Shown here one piece after another: positions 39,559 through 48,559 of a stretch of DNA of 64,000 bases. The notes below the pieces were generated by a model that was given only the letters and a program-made list of their open reading frames with translations, searched no databases and was not told the origin of the DNA. The position numbers and the translations under genes are program-made. Position 1 is the first letter of the stretch, and the number at the start of each line of letters is the position of its first letter. Origin of the DNA: Methanothrix sp. GTDB lineage: Archaea > Halobacteriota > Methanosarcinia > Methanotrichales > Methanotrichaceae. The stretch is from the NCBI GenBank assembly GCA_037128175.1, contig JBAXWY010000002.1:64001-128000 (forward strand), in the 5' to 3' direction.

Positions 39559-39619
39559 AAGTCAAACGGCGGCGGCACACCCCGATGCAAGCATCGGGGC
39601 ATTCAAGGCGACGCCGCTG
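39559..39619 (+). repeat. Palindromic mini-element (REP/PATE-like)
   Basis: GTCAAA, outer stem CGGCGGCG/CGCCGCTG, inner stem CCCCGATGC-AA-GCATCGGGG. Confidence 0.7.
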
Positions 39620-39662
39620 GTTTATCCGAAATCGATAAGCTTTAATTGAGCAGGGTTACGAT

Positions 39663-40097
39663 TCAATTTTCCACATCAGAGACGATCTCAAAGCCCTCTC
39701 TTTTCCAGCCCGCTATCCCGCCGGCAAGATCGTAAATCTCCCGAAATCCCAACGATTTCATGAGCGCTGCCGCCCGCCCCGATCTAACACCGGTGCGACA
39801 GTAAACCAGATAAGCATTGCCGCGATCGAGCACTGCCAGCTCATCGGCAAACGAGGTGGATCTGAAGTCCAGATTAATTGAGCCGTTCAGGTGTCCGGAG
39901 CGGTATTCCTGCAAAGTTCTCACATCCAGGATCACCAGGCATCTTCTATCGGAAGAAGTATCCCCGTACTGCGGGCCGGAGAGCCGCTCGATAAGATCCC
40001 GGCATTCGGAAGGACATAGCTGTTTGACGATGCATTCTTCTGCATCGGCAGGATGCTCCACATTTGTAGGGGTAGTCTGCTCCAATTTTTCTGACAT
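39663..40097 (-). CDS. Rhodanese-domain protein
   Basis: ILDVRT..EY..GHL.GSIN, YCRTGVRS, LAGGI..W. Confidence 0.92.
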   Translation of the reverse strand: MSEKLEQTTPTNVEHPADAEECIVKQLCPSECRDLIERLSGPQYGDTSSDRRCLVILDVRTLQEYRSGHLNGSINLDFRSTSFADELAVLDRGNAYLVYCRTGVRSGRAAALMKSLGFREIYDLAGGIAGWKREGFEIVSDVEN

Positions 40098-40100
40098 CTT

Positions 40101-41276
40101 CTACACCCGCCAGATCTCCCTGGAGAGAAGGGTCAGCCTCTCCGGCCCATTGGGTCCGACGAGGAAGGTGTCCTCGATTCCCACCACGCCTTCTCCTGGA
40201 TAGATCATCTTCGGCTCTACGGCAATGGTCATGTTCTCCACAATCTCGTGGTCCACGGGACCGATTACCGGATACTCATCTATTTGCAGCCCCACGCCGT
40301 GTCCCACAAATCCGGCTTTGCTGCCAGGGGGGCCACCCAGGAAATCTTGATAGCCCAGCTTGAGGCCTTCCGCCAGAGAGAGGTCCCAGATCTCGCGGCT
40401 CAACTTGCCGGGGTGAAGCTCGCTGGCAATGACTTCTTCGATTCGCAGGGCGGCATGGTGCGCCTCCTCCAATTTTGACGGCAGCTTTCCTAAGGAGAAT
40501 ATGCGCGTCTCATCGGCGATGTAGCCGTTGTAGCATCCGGCATAGTCCACCAGCACAGGCTCATTGCGCCTGATCCTGGCAAACCCGGGCCCTTGAGCAA
40601 AGAAAAGGGACATGCCCCTTCCGCCCGTGGGAGAGGATACGCTGCTTGGTATTGCGGCACCTGCGCCTGCCATGAGATGGCCCATGGGTAGATTCTGATT
40701 GAACCGTCTAAATGTTACCTTGCCCTGATGGCCCAGGAGCCTCATGGTGCCCTCCACAACGACGGCCAGATCAATCTCCCGCATGCCCTCTTTGAGGTTG
40801 TCTGCGACAGAGGCGATTCCCTTATCCAAAATCCTTGCAGCCTCGCGAATGAGCCGGATCTCAAAATCAGACTTCACGGAGCGAATGTGCTTGATATCCT
40901 CAGAGATATCGGAAAATTGGACATCCTCATCTAAAGCCTTTGCCAGCCGGGCATAATTATTGTAAGGAAGCACATCCGTTTCCAGGCCGATTCTCGCACC
41001 GGCCGGTAGATCCAGATCTGTTTTGAGGAATTTAAGACTCTTTTGCGGCTGCACGGGGAGGGGTGATTCCTGCCTGGCCCTCTCCAGGTTTTTTTTAATC
41101 ATGAGGGTTGGCAGACCGTCCCTGGGAATGTAGATTAAACCTTCCTGAGCTGTGCCTGAGAAATAGCCCAGGTCCGTGGATTCAAACAATATGGCACCGG
41201 TCAAATCACCCATCCGGTCTTGCAGCCTCTTTATCCTGGCATCGATCTCTGAGCAGGGATGTAAAACGTACTCCAT
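40101..41276 (-). CDS. M24 Xaa-Pro peptidase family protein
   Basis: VD...YNGYIADETR, GHGVGL.IDE.P, AVEPK, GIED. Confidence 0.92.
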   Translation of the reverse strand: MEYVLHPCSEIDARIKRLQDRMGDLTGAILFESTDLGYFSGTAQEGLIYIPRDGLPTLMIKKNLERARQESPLPVQPQKSLKFLKTDLDLPAGARIGLETDVLPYNNYARLAKALDEDVQFSDISEDIKHIRSVKSDFEIRLIREAARILDKGIASVADNLKEGMREIDLAVVVEGTMRLLGHQGKVTFRRFNQNLPMGHLMAGAGAAIPSSVSSPTGGRGMSLFFAQGPGFARIRRNEPVLVDYAGCYNGYIADETRIFSLGKLPSKLEEAHHAALRIEEVIASELHPGKLSREIWDLSLAEGLKLGYQDFLGGPPGSKAGFVGHGVGLQIDEYPVIGPVDHEIVENMTIAVEPKMIYPGEGVVGIEDTFLVGPNGPERLTLLSREIWRV

Positions 41277-41313
41277 TTATTCCACCTTTTCAAGATACCT
41301 TGATGCGAGCTCT

Positions 41314-41988
41314 TCAGTGGCTATTTTCATGGCTTCCGATTTCCTCTTCCAGGTCCCAAAGGTATCTTCTCAAAATCGTTGTTCTTCCTGCCGCAAGCTT
41401 TTTTCCGCTCTTTGTATGCATGCCAAATTCCAGTTTTAGCAGCTTTTTGTAGAAATGATCTAGATTCCATTTCGCGTCATCAGGCTCTCTGGCCCTGCAG
41501 AAGGGATCGTCAGGATTGTAAAGCTCTCTTCCCAGTGCTCCTCCCGTGAGAAATACCCGGGCAATTCCAATGGCCCCAATGGCATCCAGCCGGTCGGCAT
41601 CCTGAAGTATCCTGGCCTCCAGAGTAACCGGAACAATTTTTCCGGAAAAGCGGTGCACATCGACGGCATAGAGCACCTTTTCTCTTGCTTCCTCTTCCAG
41701 CCCGATCGACACCAGAAATGCCTCCACTGACCTTTTGCCCTGGCCCACAGACTCTCCTTGCTTCGAGGTATGCTTTTTTTCCGATCCCACATCATGCAGC
41801 AGCGCGGCCAGGAGCAGAACCTGCATATCTGCGCCTTCTTCCCTGCCAATGATCGTGGCATTTTTGTAAACACGCAGGATGTGCGAGAAATCATGGGCGG
41901 GATCGGCTCCCAGGTACATGGGCCGAATTTCGCTTATCCAGGATTCTGGATCAAATGAATACAAGGATATCGCCGCCTTATTTTGCAT
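41314..41988 (-). CDS. HD-domain phosphohydrolase
   Basis: AHDFSHILRV, LLHDV, HRFS, QDADRLDAIGAIGIAR. Confidence 0.92.
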   Translation of the reverse strand: MQNKAAISLYSFDPESWISEIRPMYLGADPAHDFSHILRVYKNATIIGREEGADMQVLLLAALLHDVGSEKKHTSKQGESVGQGKRSVEAFLVSIGLEEEAREKVLYAVDVHRFSGKIVPVTLEARILQDADRLDAIGAIGIARVFLTGGALGRELYNPDDPFCRAREPDDAKWNLDHFYKKLLKLEFGMHTKSGKKLAAGRTTILRRYLWDLEEEIGSHENSH

Positions 41989-42292
41989 AGAATCTAAGAA
42001 GCTCTTTTATCCCTTCTTCCAGGTCGTATCTTGCCTTAAACCCGAGCACTTTTTCGGTCTTCGCAGTGTCGGAAAGGGTATGCTGGACATAATTCTTAAT
42101 GGGATTCACCACGTGTTGCGCTTTCATGGTCAATCCCATGTTCTTGTTCAAAATCTCTACCGTTTGGTTGAAGGTGTAAGCTTTTCCGGTTTGCATATTG
42201 TCCAGGACCACAATATCTTCGCCAACTTTTAAGAGTTCCTCAACAAGGTTGGAGCCGATAAATCCTGCGCCGCCTGTAATCAGTGTGCTCAT
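41978..42292 (-). pseudogene. NAD-dependent sugar epimerase/dehydratase with large in-frame internal deletion
   Basis: N-terminal LITGGAGFIGSNL...VLDNMQTG joined directly to C-terminal KAYTFN...TLSDTAK..KVLGFKARYDLEEGI; YxxxK core missing. Confidence 0.85.
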
Positions 42293-42380
42293 AATTATCT
42301 GTTTCTCAAAATTCGCGATCTCCTATATCTGTCTGTCGAAACTCCACAGGGCGCACTGGCCCGGAAATCTTGATGCGCTA

Positions 42381-43487
42381 TCAACCCACATAAACCCTCT
42401 CCGCCTTGTTGCAGATCTCCTCCCAGTCATACTTCCTGGCCTCTTCTATGCACCGCCCTCGCATTTTTTCTTTCTTTTGCAGCATGCGGCAAATTGACCC
42501 GGCTAAAGCCTGCTCGGTTGGCTGGCAAACTGCGCCCGTCTCCTTCGTGACCAGATCCATCACCGCATTCATTCTGTGCTCTACGGTAACCACAGGAAGC
42601 CCGCAGGCATTCGCCTCCAGAGCCGCCATGCCAAAGCCCTCTCTGCTGGAAGGTGTTGCAAAGACGCGCGAGGATTTCATGAGGGAAAGTGCATCATTGT
42701 AGTCTTCCAGAAAGCCCAGGAACAGCACATTTTTTCCCAGTTCCAGCTCGGATACCAGGGACTTCAGCGTTCCCATCTCCGGGCCATCGCCCACTATCAT
42801 GGCCTTCACATCCGGGACATCCATTTTCACAGTCTTCAATGCCTTGATGAGCAGATCTACGTTCTTGTGCTCGACCAGCCTTCCCACGTAGATGACATCC
42901 GACTGCTTGGCCGACGGAGGAACCCGATTTATTTTCTGCCAATCAATGCCGTTGGGCACAACCTGAACCTCTTTTGCCCCCAGGCTCAAAAGCTCTCTTT
43001 GGGTTCTCACCGACACTGCAATGTTCTTTTCCGTTAACCGGGCGGCAGCCCACTCGACGATTTGGCCGGCCCTGCCTTTCTCTCCCAGGTACTCGCGCCA
43101 GTAATCGCCCCACACCTCATGCCAGGTGATGAAGAGCTTCTGTCTTTTGAGGCTGGAGATCAGCTTTGCCGAAAAGCAGGATAGGTAAGGGAAATTCTGG
43201 CAGTCCATCACATCGCAGTCGGCGCGAATGGTGAGAAGCTTGCCCGCGAAAAAAGCGGCCTCGTAGATAGACCTCTTGCCGCTGACATAAAGGGGCATGG
43301 GCGGGCAGATGCCGTGCAGGTGTACGTTGTCTTTGTGGATCTCATTCTCTCCCGTCCACCATTTCATGCCGTAGCAGTGCACCTCATGCCCTCGCTTTGC
43401 CAGCCGGCGGGAGAGTTCATAGATCCTTTTTTCCGCTCCCCCCTTCACCCATGGGTAGACGGCGTCGTAAACATAGGCGATCTTCAT
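42381..43487 (-). CDS. GT4 glycosyltransferase
   Basis: YDAVYPWVKGGAEKR, VGRLVEHKN, SREGFGMAALEANACGLPV. Confidence 0.93.
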   Translation of the reverse strand: MKIAYVYDAVYPWVKGGAEKRIYELSRRLAKRGHEVHCYGMKWWTGENEIHKDNVHLHGICPPMPLYVSGKRSIYEAAFFAGKLLTIRADCDVMDCQNFPYLSCFSAKLISSLKRQKLFITWHEVWGDYWREYLGEKGRAGQIVEWAAARLTEKNIAVSVRTQRELLSLGAKEVQVVPNGIDWQKINRVPPSAKQSDVIYVGRLVEHKNVDLLIKALKTVKMDVPDVKAMIVGDGPEMGTLKSLVSELELGKNVLFLGFLEDYNDALSLMKSSRVFATPSSREGFGMAALEANACGLPVVTVEHRMNAVMDLVTKETGAVCQPTEQALAGSICRMLQKKEKMRGRCIEEARKYDWEEICNKAERVYVG

Positions 43488-43592
43488 CGAGTCTCTAATC
43501 CTGCGACCCGTTATTATGAACATAGCGGAGACTGACGGTCTGAATCTTCAGGGTGGAAAAGATCGAGGATGACAGTCCGACCGAAACACAAG

Positions 43593-44381
43593 TTAGGACC
43601 TCTTGCTTTTTGGTCTATTCACACAGGCAGGAGGAACGAACAGAGCACTCCGGACTACTGTCGCAAGCTTAGGACCAATTCCCGGGCAATCGTCCAGGTA
43701 TGTGTCCGGCTTTTTTGGAACCAATGAGACATAGAATTTTTCCAGGATTCTATTGGCTCTTGCGGGGCCCAGCCCTTTTCCACATAGTATGGACAGCCCT
43801 ACAGCTTGCCTCTCACCAACCGCCGGTTTCGGTCGAAAGACACAAATATCGCCGCCCTGCAGGATCTTTTGGACACTATGAAGCATTCGCCGCCAGGGAT
43901 CGATCTTGAGCCGCCATATCTGAATATTCATGCCGATGCAGTTGGCCTCAAAGTCTTCCAGCATGGAAATATACTCGGTGATCTTATCCTCTGCTTCTTG
44001 ACCTCTGATGCCTCTACTGTAAACGACATTGTTGACGGCCTGAACAACATTGTCATCATCGCCGAGTACTATGATGATAAGGGGATCTTGTAGCTCCCGG
44101 CCGGCGAGGATTTGCCGGTAGAGGTGGCCGCTTTGGTTGATAATCGAGGCTACGTAGTCGCTCTGGGGTTCACCGATCCTTGTGAAGTCCTTCAGCTCTA
44201 CATTGATGGTCTTACCTTCCCACTGGAAACAGAGGTCAAAGGGACAATCCTTGGGATCGGCCAGGAAGAAATGATCGTCTTTAAGGATGGCAGCCTTGAT
44301 TTTTTTCGCTCTGGCTCGATGGGCTTCATTGGTATCCAGGGAAACGCGTATGCGGGAGATTGGCACCATATTTTCTGCCAA
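43593..44381 (-). CDS. Divergent stand-alone ERCC4/XPF-like nuclease with HhH repeats
   Basis: LDTNE, FDL, VELKD...SDYVASI...GHL..Q; GLGPARA and GIGPKLA. Confidence 0.65.
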   Translation of the reverse strand: MAENMVPISRIRVSLDTNEAHRARAKKIKAAILKDDHFFLADPKDCPFDLCFQWEGKTINVELKDFTRIGEPQSDYVASIINQSGHLYRQILAGRELQDPLIIIVLGDDDNVVQAVNNVVYSRGIRGQEAEDKITEYISMLEDFEANCIGMNIQIWRLKIDPWRRMLHSVQKILQGGDICVFRPKPAVGERQAVGLSILCGKGLGPARANRILEKFYVSLVPKKPDTYLDDCPGIGPKLATVVRSALFVPPACVNRPKSKRS

Positions 44382-44654
44382 CAGTTTTTATTTGTTTAGA
44401 ATTGGCGGCCTTTGGATATATAGCAAAGTAGCGCGGGGAGAAAGTGTTCTGGTGCAAAAAGAAACATAATCACACGTCTGCGCTCTAGCAACTTGTCGGC
44501 GGCTGCCCGGCCAGAGGTCAGGATCGGTAGCGTTGCTGGGCCAGGTTGTGGTTCAGTCAGGGCGCGCGAGATTCACTTATGCTATAGATTTCGCGAAAGC
44601 TAGATGTACACAGACAGACATTGTTTAGTCCTGAGCAGTTGGGGCTGATTAGCT

Positions 44655-44880
44655 TTGAGCCTGATGAGGGGTGTGAGTGGCAAGGATGCCGTTAAGGTCT
44701 TTGTCATGGCTGGCGATGTTGTGCGTCAGGGCAAAGGCGACCGTAGTAAATATCAAGATGCCAAATGGCCAGCTCACTATTCCCGTATCCGGAGATCTCA
44801 AGATAGGTCTCCTCAAATAGGCAATAAGAAAAGCTGGGCTGGATGAGGAGGATTTCCTGAAACTCTTAAAAGGTGATTGA
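44655..44880 (+). pseudogene. hicA: HicA toxin pseudogene
   Basis: VSGKDAVK...VRQGKGD, frameshift, then VNIKMPNGQLTIPVSGDLKIGLLK*AIRKAGL.EEDFLKLL; in-frame TAG at 44818-44820. Confidence 0.8.
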
Positions 44881-44882
44881 CT

Positions 44883-45104
44883 ATGGATTATACAATTTTG
44901 ATACATCAGGCTGAGGAAGGCGGCATCTGGTCCGAGGTCCCGGCTCTGCCTGGCTGCTATTCGCAAGGAGAAACCATCGATGAAACCTTGAGAAATAGCA
45001 AAGAGGCCATAGAGGTCCATCTGCTGGTCTTGAAAGAGGACATGGTTGCAGCTCCTGTTGAAGAGAGCCTTTTCATAGGCAGGGTCCAGGTAGAAGTAGC
45101 ATAG
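44883..45104 (+). CDS. hicB: HicB antitoxin
   Basis: YTILI..AEEGG.W.EVPALPGCYSQGET.DE...N.KEAI. Confidence 0.92.
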   Translation: MDYTILIHQAEEGGIWSEVPALPGCYSQGETIDETLRNSKEAIEVHLLVLKEDMVAAPVEESLFIGRVQVEVA

Positions 45105-45160
45105 AGACTGCTCTTAAGATCTATGCATTTGATTTTCAAGGTCTTGCATAAAATCGTGCA

Positions 45161-45892
45161 TTAAAAACGATTCAGCTCCCCCAGCTTATCTGGCCTGCCC
45201 ATCAGCTCTGTTCCCACCAGCAGCGCGTCCGCACCTGCCTGCATCATGCGCAGTGCATCATCTCTCGTATGCACACCGCTCTCCGCCACCAGGAAGACTC
45301 CGGCCTCCTTCGCCCGCGGTGCTAGCCGCTCGAATGTTCCCAGGTCCACTTCCAGAGTATTCAGGTTGCGGTTATTGATGCCGATGATCCGGGCATCGGT
45401 CTTCAGCGCCGCTTCCAGCTCTTCTTCGGTATGGACCTCCACCAGAGGCTCCATGCCTAAGGCCCTGGCCGCCTCCACAAATCGGTTTAGATCGATGCCC
45501 AGCGCGGCTATGAGCAGCACCAGATCAGCCTGCACCTCGGAAAGCTGCCTTTCCTCGAAAATGAAGTCCTTTCTTAAGACCGGCAGCCCGGCTCTGCGAG
45601 CGATCCAAACGTTTTCGAGAGCGCCTTTGAAGTGAGTGGGCTCGGTCAAAACCGAGATGGCGCAGGCGTTGTTTTCCGAGTAAGCCCCGGCATAGGCCGC
45701 CACCTCTTCAGGAGCTAAAGCCCTTCCAACCACCTTGGGCTTGATCTCGGCAATAATGGGAATTATGCCGCGGCTCTTCAGGGATTGAGCGGAGACGATC
45801 AGATCCCATCGCTCGGCCTTCGGCCAGGGGGCCGCAGCCGCAAAGCCCCGCTCCCGAGAAGCGGCCAGGATTCCATCGATTAGTGAATGCAT
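45161..45892 (-). CDS. trpC: Indole-3-glycerol phosphate synthase
   Basis: IAEIKP, ISVLTEP..F.G, LRKDFI, LVEVH, GINNRNL, VAESG. Confidence 0.95.
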   Translation of the reverse strand: MHSLIDGILAASRERGFAAAAPWPKAERWDLIVSAQSLKSRGIIPIIAEIKPKVVGRALAPEEVAAYAGAYSENNACAISVLTEPTHFKGALENVWIARRAGLPVLRKDFIFEERQLSEVQADLVLLIAALGIDLNRFVEAARALGMEPLVEVHTEEELEAALKTDARIIGINNRNLNTLEVDLGTFERLAPRAKEAGVFLVAESGVHTRDDALRMMQAGADALLVGTELMGRPDKLGELNRF

Positions 45893-46485
45893 GCTACCAC
45901 ATCCTCGATCCAGTTGCTGATCAGCTTCTTGCCGGAGGGCGTGAGCACCGACTCGGGATGAAACTGCAGACCTGAGTGGGGCCGGCTCCGATGTCGTACG
46001 CCCATGATGATACCGTCTGCGGTCTTTGCTGAGACCTCCAGCGGCGGAGCCAACCGTTCGATGGCCAGGGAATGATACCGACCACCAACGATCGGATTTT
46101 CCAGACCCCGGAAAAGGCCCAGTCCATCGTGCTCTATTTGCGAGGTCTTGCCGTGCAGTGGCCTGGTGTGGGAGATAGTGCCGCCGTAAGCTATGTTCAT
46201 GGCCTGGTGGCCCAGACAAACACCCAGGATGGGTGTGCCCCCAAACTGCTTGATAATCTCCAGGCAGTTGCCGATGTCCCGCTCGTTGGCCGGATGGCCC
46301 GGTCCGGGTGATATTACGATTCCCCTGGGCTCTATGGCTGCTACCTCCGCCAATGTTATGCGATTGGAACGGACAGCCGTCTCCGGGTAAAATTGGGAGA
46401 CATAGTCCACCAAATTCCATACAAAGGAGTCCTGGTTGTCCACAAAGAGAATCGGTCGAGGCGTGGGGCGGTTTTCTGGGGTCAT
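45880..46485 (-). CDS. trpG: Anthranilate synthase component II
   Basis: DNQDSFVWNL, ISPGPG, GVCLGHQ, RYHSL, QFHPES. Confidence 0.96.
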   Translation of the reverse strand: MTPENRPTPRPILFVDNQDSFVWNLVDYVSQFYPETAVRSNRITLAEVAAIEPRGIVISPGPGHPANERDIGNCLEIIKQFGGTPILGVCLGHQAMNIAYGGTISHTRPLHGKTSQIEHDGLGLFRGLENPIVGGRYHSLAIERLAPPLEVSAKTADGIIMGVRHRSRPHSGLQFHPESVLTPSGKKLISNWIEDVVACIH

Positions 46486-47936
46486 ACCGCCACTCCCAAA
46501 GCCCTCTTCATGGCCGCCATCTTCCGCTCTGTCTCCTGGTATTCCTTCTCTGGATCGGAGTCCGCTACTATCCCCGCCCCGGCCTGCACCGTAGCCACTT
46601 TGTCCTTGACCAGAACGCTTCTGATGGCTATGGCAAAGTCGGAGCTGCCGTCTATGGAAAAGTAGCCTATGCCGCCTCCGTAGATGCCGCGCGCCGCCTG
46701 CTCGAGGTCATCGATGATCTCCATGGCTCGCAGCTTGGGCGCTCCGGAGAGCGTTCCTGCCGGAAAGGCCGCCCGGGCCGCATCGAACTGGTCGCACTCT
46801 TCTCTCAGCTCTCCGGAGACGGTGGTCTCAATGTGCTGCACGTGAGAGTACTTGAGCACGGACATGAAATCGTCTACCATAACCGTGCCGGAGCGGCAGA
46901 CGGATCGCACATCGTTTCGGCCCAGGTCCACCAGCATGACATGCTCTGCCCTCTCCTTCTCGTCTGCCAGCATTATTTTGGCGTACTTGTCGTCCTCTTC
47001 TCGCGTCCTTCCCCGGGGACAGGTCCCGGCAATGGGATTGACCCTGAGCTTGCGGTCATAGGTATTGAAGAGGGTCTCCGGCGAAGCCCCCACAATGGCC
47101 AGGTCGCCAAACTCGAAGAGATAGGTGTAGGGGCTGGGATTGATGCTGCGTAGCTTCCGGTAGAGCTTGACGGGATCCGGGCACTCAATTCTGGTCGACC
47201 GGGCTAAAACTATCTGGAATATGTCCCCGTCCAGAATGTGCTCCTTTGCTTTTCGCACGGAATCTTCATACTGCTGCTGCCCTCCGACCGAGAGAACCCG
47301 GCCTGACACAAACGGGTCGTCGGCCTGATCGTAGTCTGGGTCGATTCCACCAATGGTCTCGATCAGGTTGACCTTGGGGCCGGGCAGAATGGGGGCTATG
47401 GTGAAGTAGACCTTGCGGGTGAGGTGATCGAAGATGAAAGTGCTCTCTGCCAGGCCGAGCTTGGCATCGGGTGTATCTGAGGTAGAGATTCTGCCCAGGC
47501 GCTCTTTAACCAGATCATAGGCCAGATATCCTATCCCTCCTCCGGTGAAGACCTGTCTGCCAAAGCTGTTGGGCATGCCCCGGCTACAAGGGATGGCCGC
47601 CCGCAGGGCATCAAAGAGATCATAGCCCTCCTTTATTGGCCCTTGCAGAATGGAGCCCTTCTTTTCCACCTCCACGCACTCGGCTAGCCTCTCTTCGATG
47701 GGTCCCATGCCACTGTTGAAAAACTCCATTTGCAGGAAGCGGTTCTTCACGGTAACCACCGCGGAAGGGTCGGCTCCCACGAAGGAGAACCTGGCCTTTT
47801 GGCCCGACTTTTCCACCGACTCCAGCAGATAAGGATACCTGCGGCTTCGCAGAGCCAGGTAAAGGGAGAGAGGAGCGTCCACGCTCACCTTATCGGTCAC
47901 GTCCACATACACTGGTTCTATTGGGGACGAGGACAT
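46482..47936 (-). CDS. trpE: Anthranilate synthase component I
   Basis: LLESVE, NPSPY, SPE, PIAGT, EHVMLVDLGRND, GTLSGAPK, QAGAGIVADS. Confidence 0.96.
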   Translation of the reverse strand: MSSSPIEPVYVDVTDKVSVDAPLSLYLALRSRRYPYLLESVEKSGQKARFSFVGADPSAVVTVKNRFLQMEFFNSGMGPIEERLAECVEVEKKGSILQGPIKEGYDLFDALRAAIPCSRGMPNSFGRQVFTGGGIGYLAYDLVKERLGRISTSDTPDAKLGLAESTFIFDHLTRKVYFTIAPILPGPKVNLIETIGGIDPDYDQADDPFVSGRVLSVGGQQQYEDSVRKAKEHILDGDIFQIVLARSTRIECPDPVKLYRKLRSINPSPYTYLFEFGDLAIVGASPETLFNTYDRKLRVNPIAGTCPRGRTREEDDKYAKIMLADEKERAEHVMLVDLGRNDVRSVCRSGTVMVDDFMSVLKYSHVQHIETTVSGELREECDQFDAARAAFPAGTLSGAPKLRAMEIIDDLEQAARGIYGGGIGYFSIDGSSDFAIAIRSVLVKDKVATVQAGAGIVADSDPEKEYQETERKMAAMKRALGVAV

Positions 47937-48559
47937 GATCTCACCTCTCTGACAAAGGAAAAAATCTTTTGCGGGTCCTTCTTGCCGCATGTCTCCAGGC
48001 CGCTGGAGGCATCCACAGCATAGGGCCTGACCTTTTCGATGGCATCAGCCACATTGGCGGGGTTAAGGCCGCCCGCCAGGATCACCGGCACCTTCAGGCT
48101 TTCGACTATGGCGGCGCTTTTGTTCCAGTCATGAACGTTTCCAGTTCCCCCCAGCTTTCCCTGGGCAACGCTGTCCAGCAGAACGGCATCGGCACTTACT
48201 GCATACTTTTGGATCTCAAATAGGCTCGAACCTGCGGCTACCGCCGCCACCAGCTTCTGAGAAACTCTGCCCTTCAGCTCCGCCAGATCAGAGGCGCTTA
48301 AGGAGCCATGCACCTGAAGCACATCCGCTCCGATCAGCTTCGCCAGCTGCACAGCCCCCTCGACATCCTCCGGTGCGATCACAGCCACGCTCTTGGTGAA
48401 TAGCGGCACCAGTTTTATCAGATCTGCCGCATCTTTTGCAGAGAGGCGGTGTCGAGACGAATCGATCTCCACAACAAATCCAACCGCGTCCGCTCCGGCA
48501 AAGATCGCTTGCAAGAGCTCGGTGCGGTTCATGATTCCGCAGACCTTAATTCTCGTCAC
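47918..48559 (-). CDS. trpF: Phosphoribosylanthranilate isomerase
   Basis: IKVCG, QVHG, LLDS..GGTG..HDW, LAGGLNP.NV, VDASSGLE. Confidence 0.96.
   Translation of the reverse strand: MTRIKVCGIMNRTELLQAIFAGADAVGFVVEIDSSRHRLSAKDAADLIKLVPLFTKSVAVIAPEDVEGAVQLAKLIGADVLQVHGSLSASDLAELKGRVSQKLVAAVAAGSSLFEIQKYAVSADAVLLDSVAQGKLGGTGNVHDWNKSAAIVESLKVPVILAGGLNPANVADAIEKVRPYAVDASSGLETCGKKDPQKIFSFVREVRSCPRPQ

Noticed and set aside
44818-44820. In-frame TAG in hicA as pyrrolysine readthrough
   Set aside because: The gene is also frameshifted and no pyl genes are in the window; decay is the simpler explanation.
45893-46420. Long N-terminal extension of TrpC in the ORF track
   Set aside because: It is an alternate frame over trpG; the real start is ATG at 45892.
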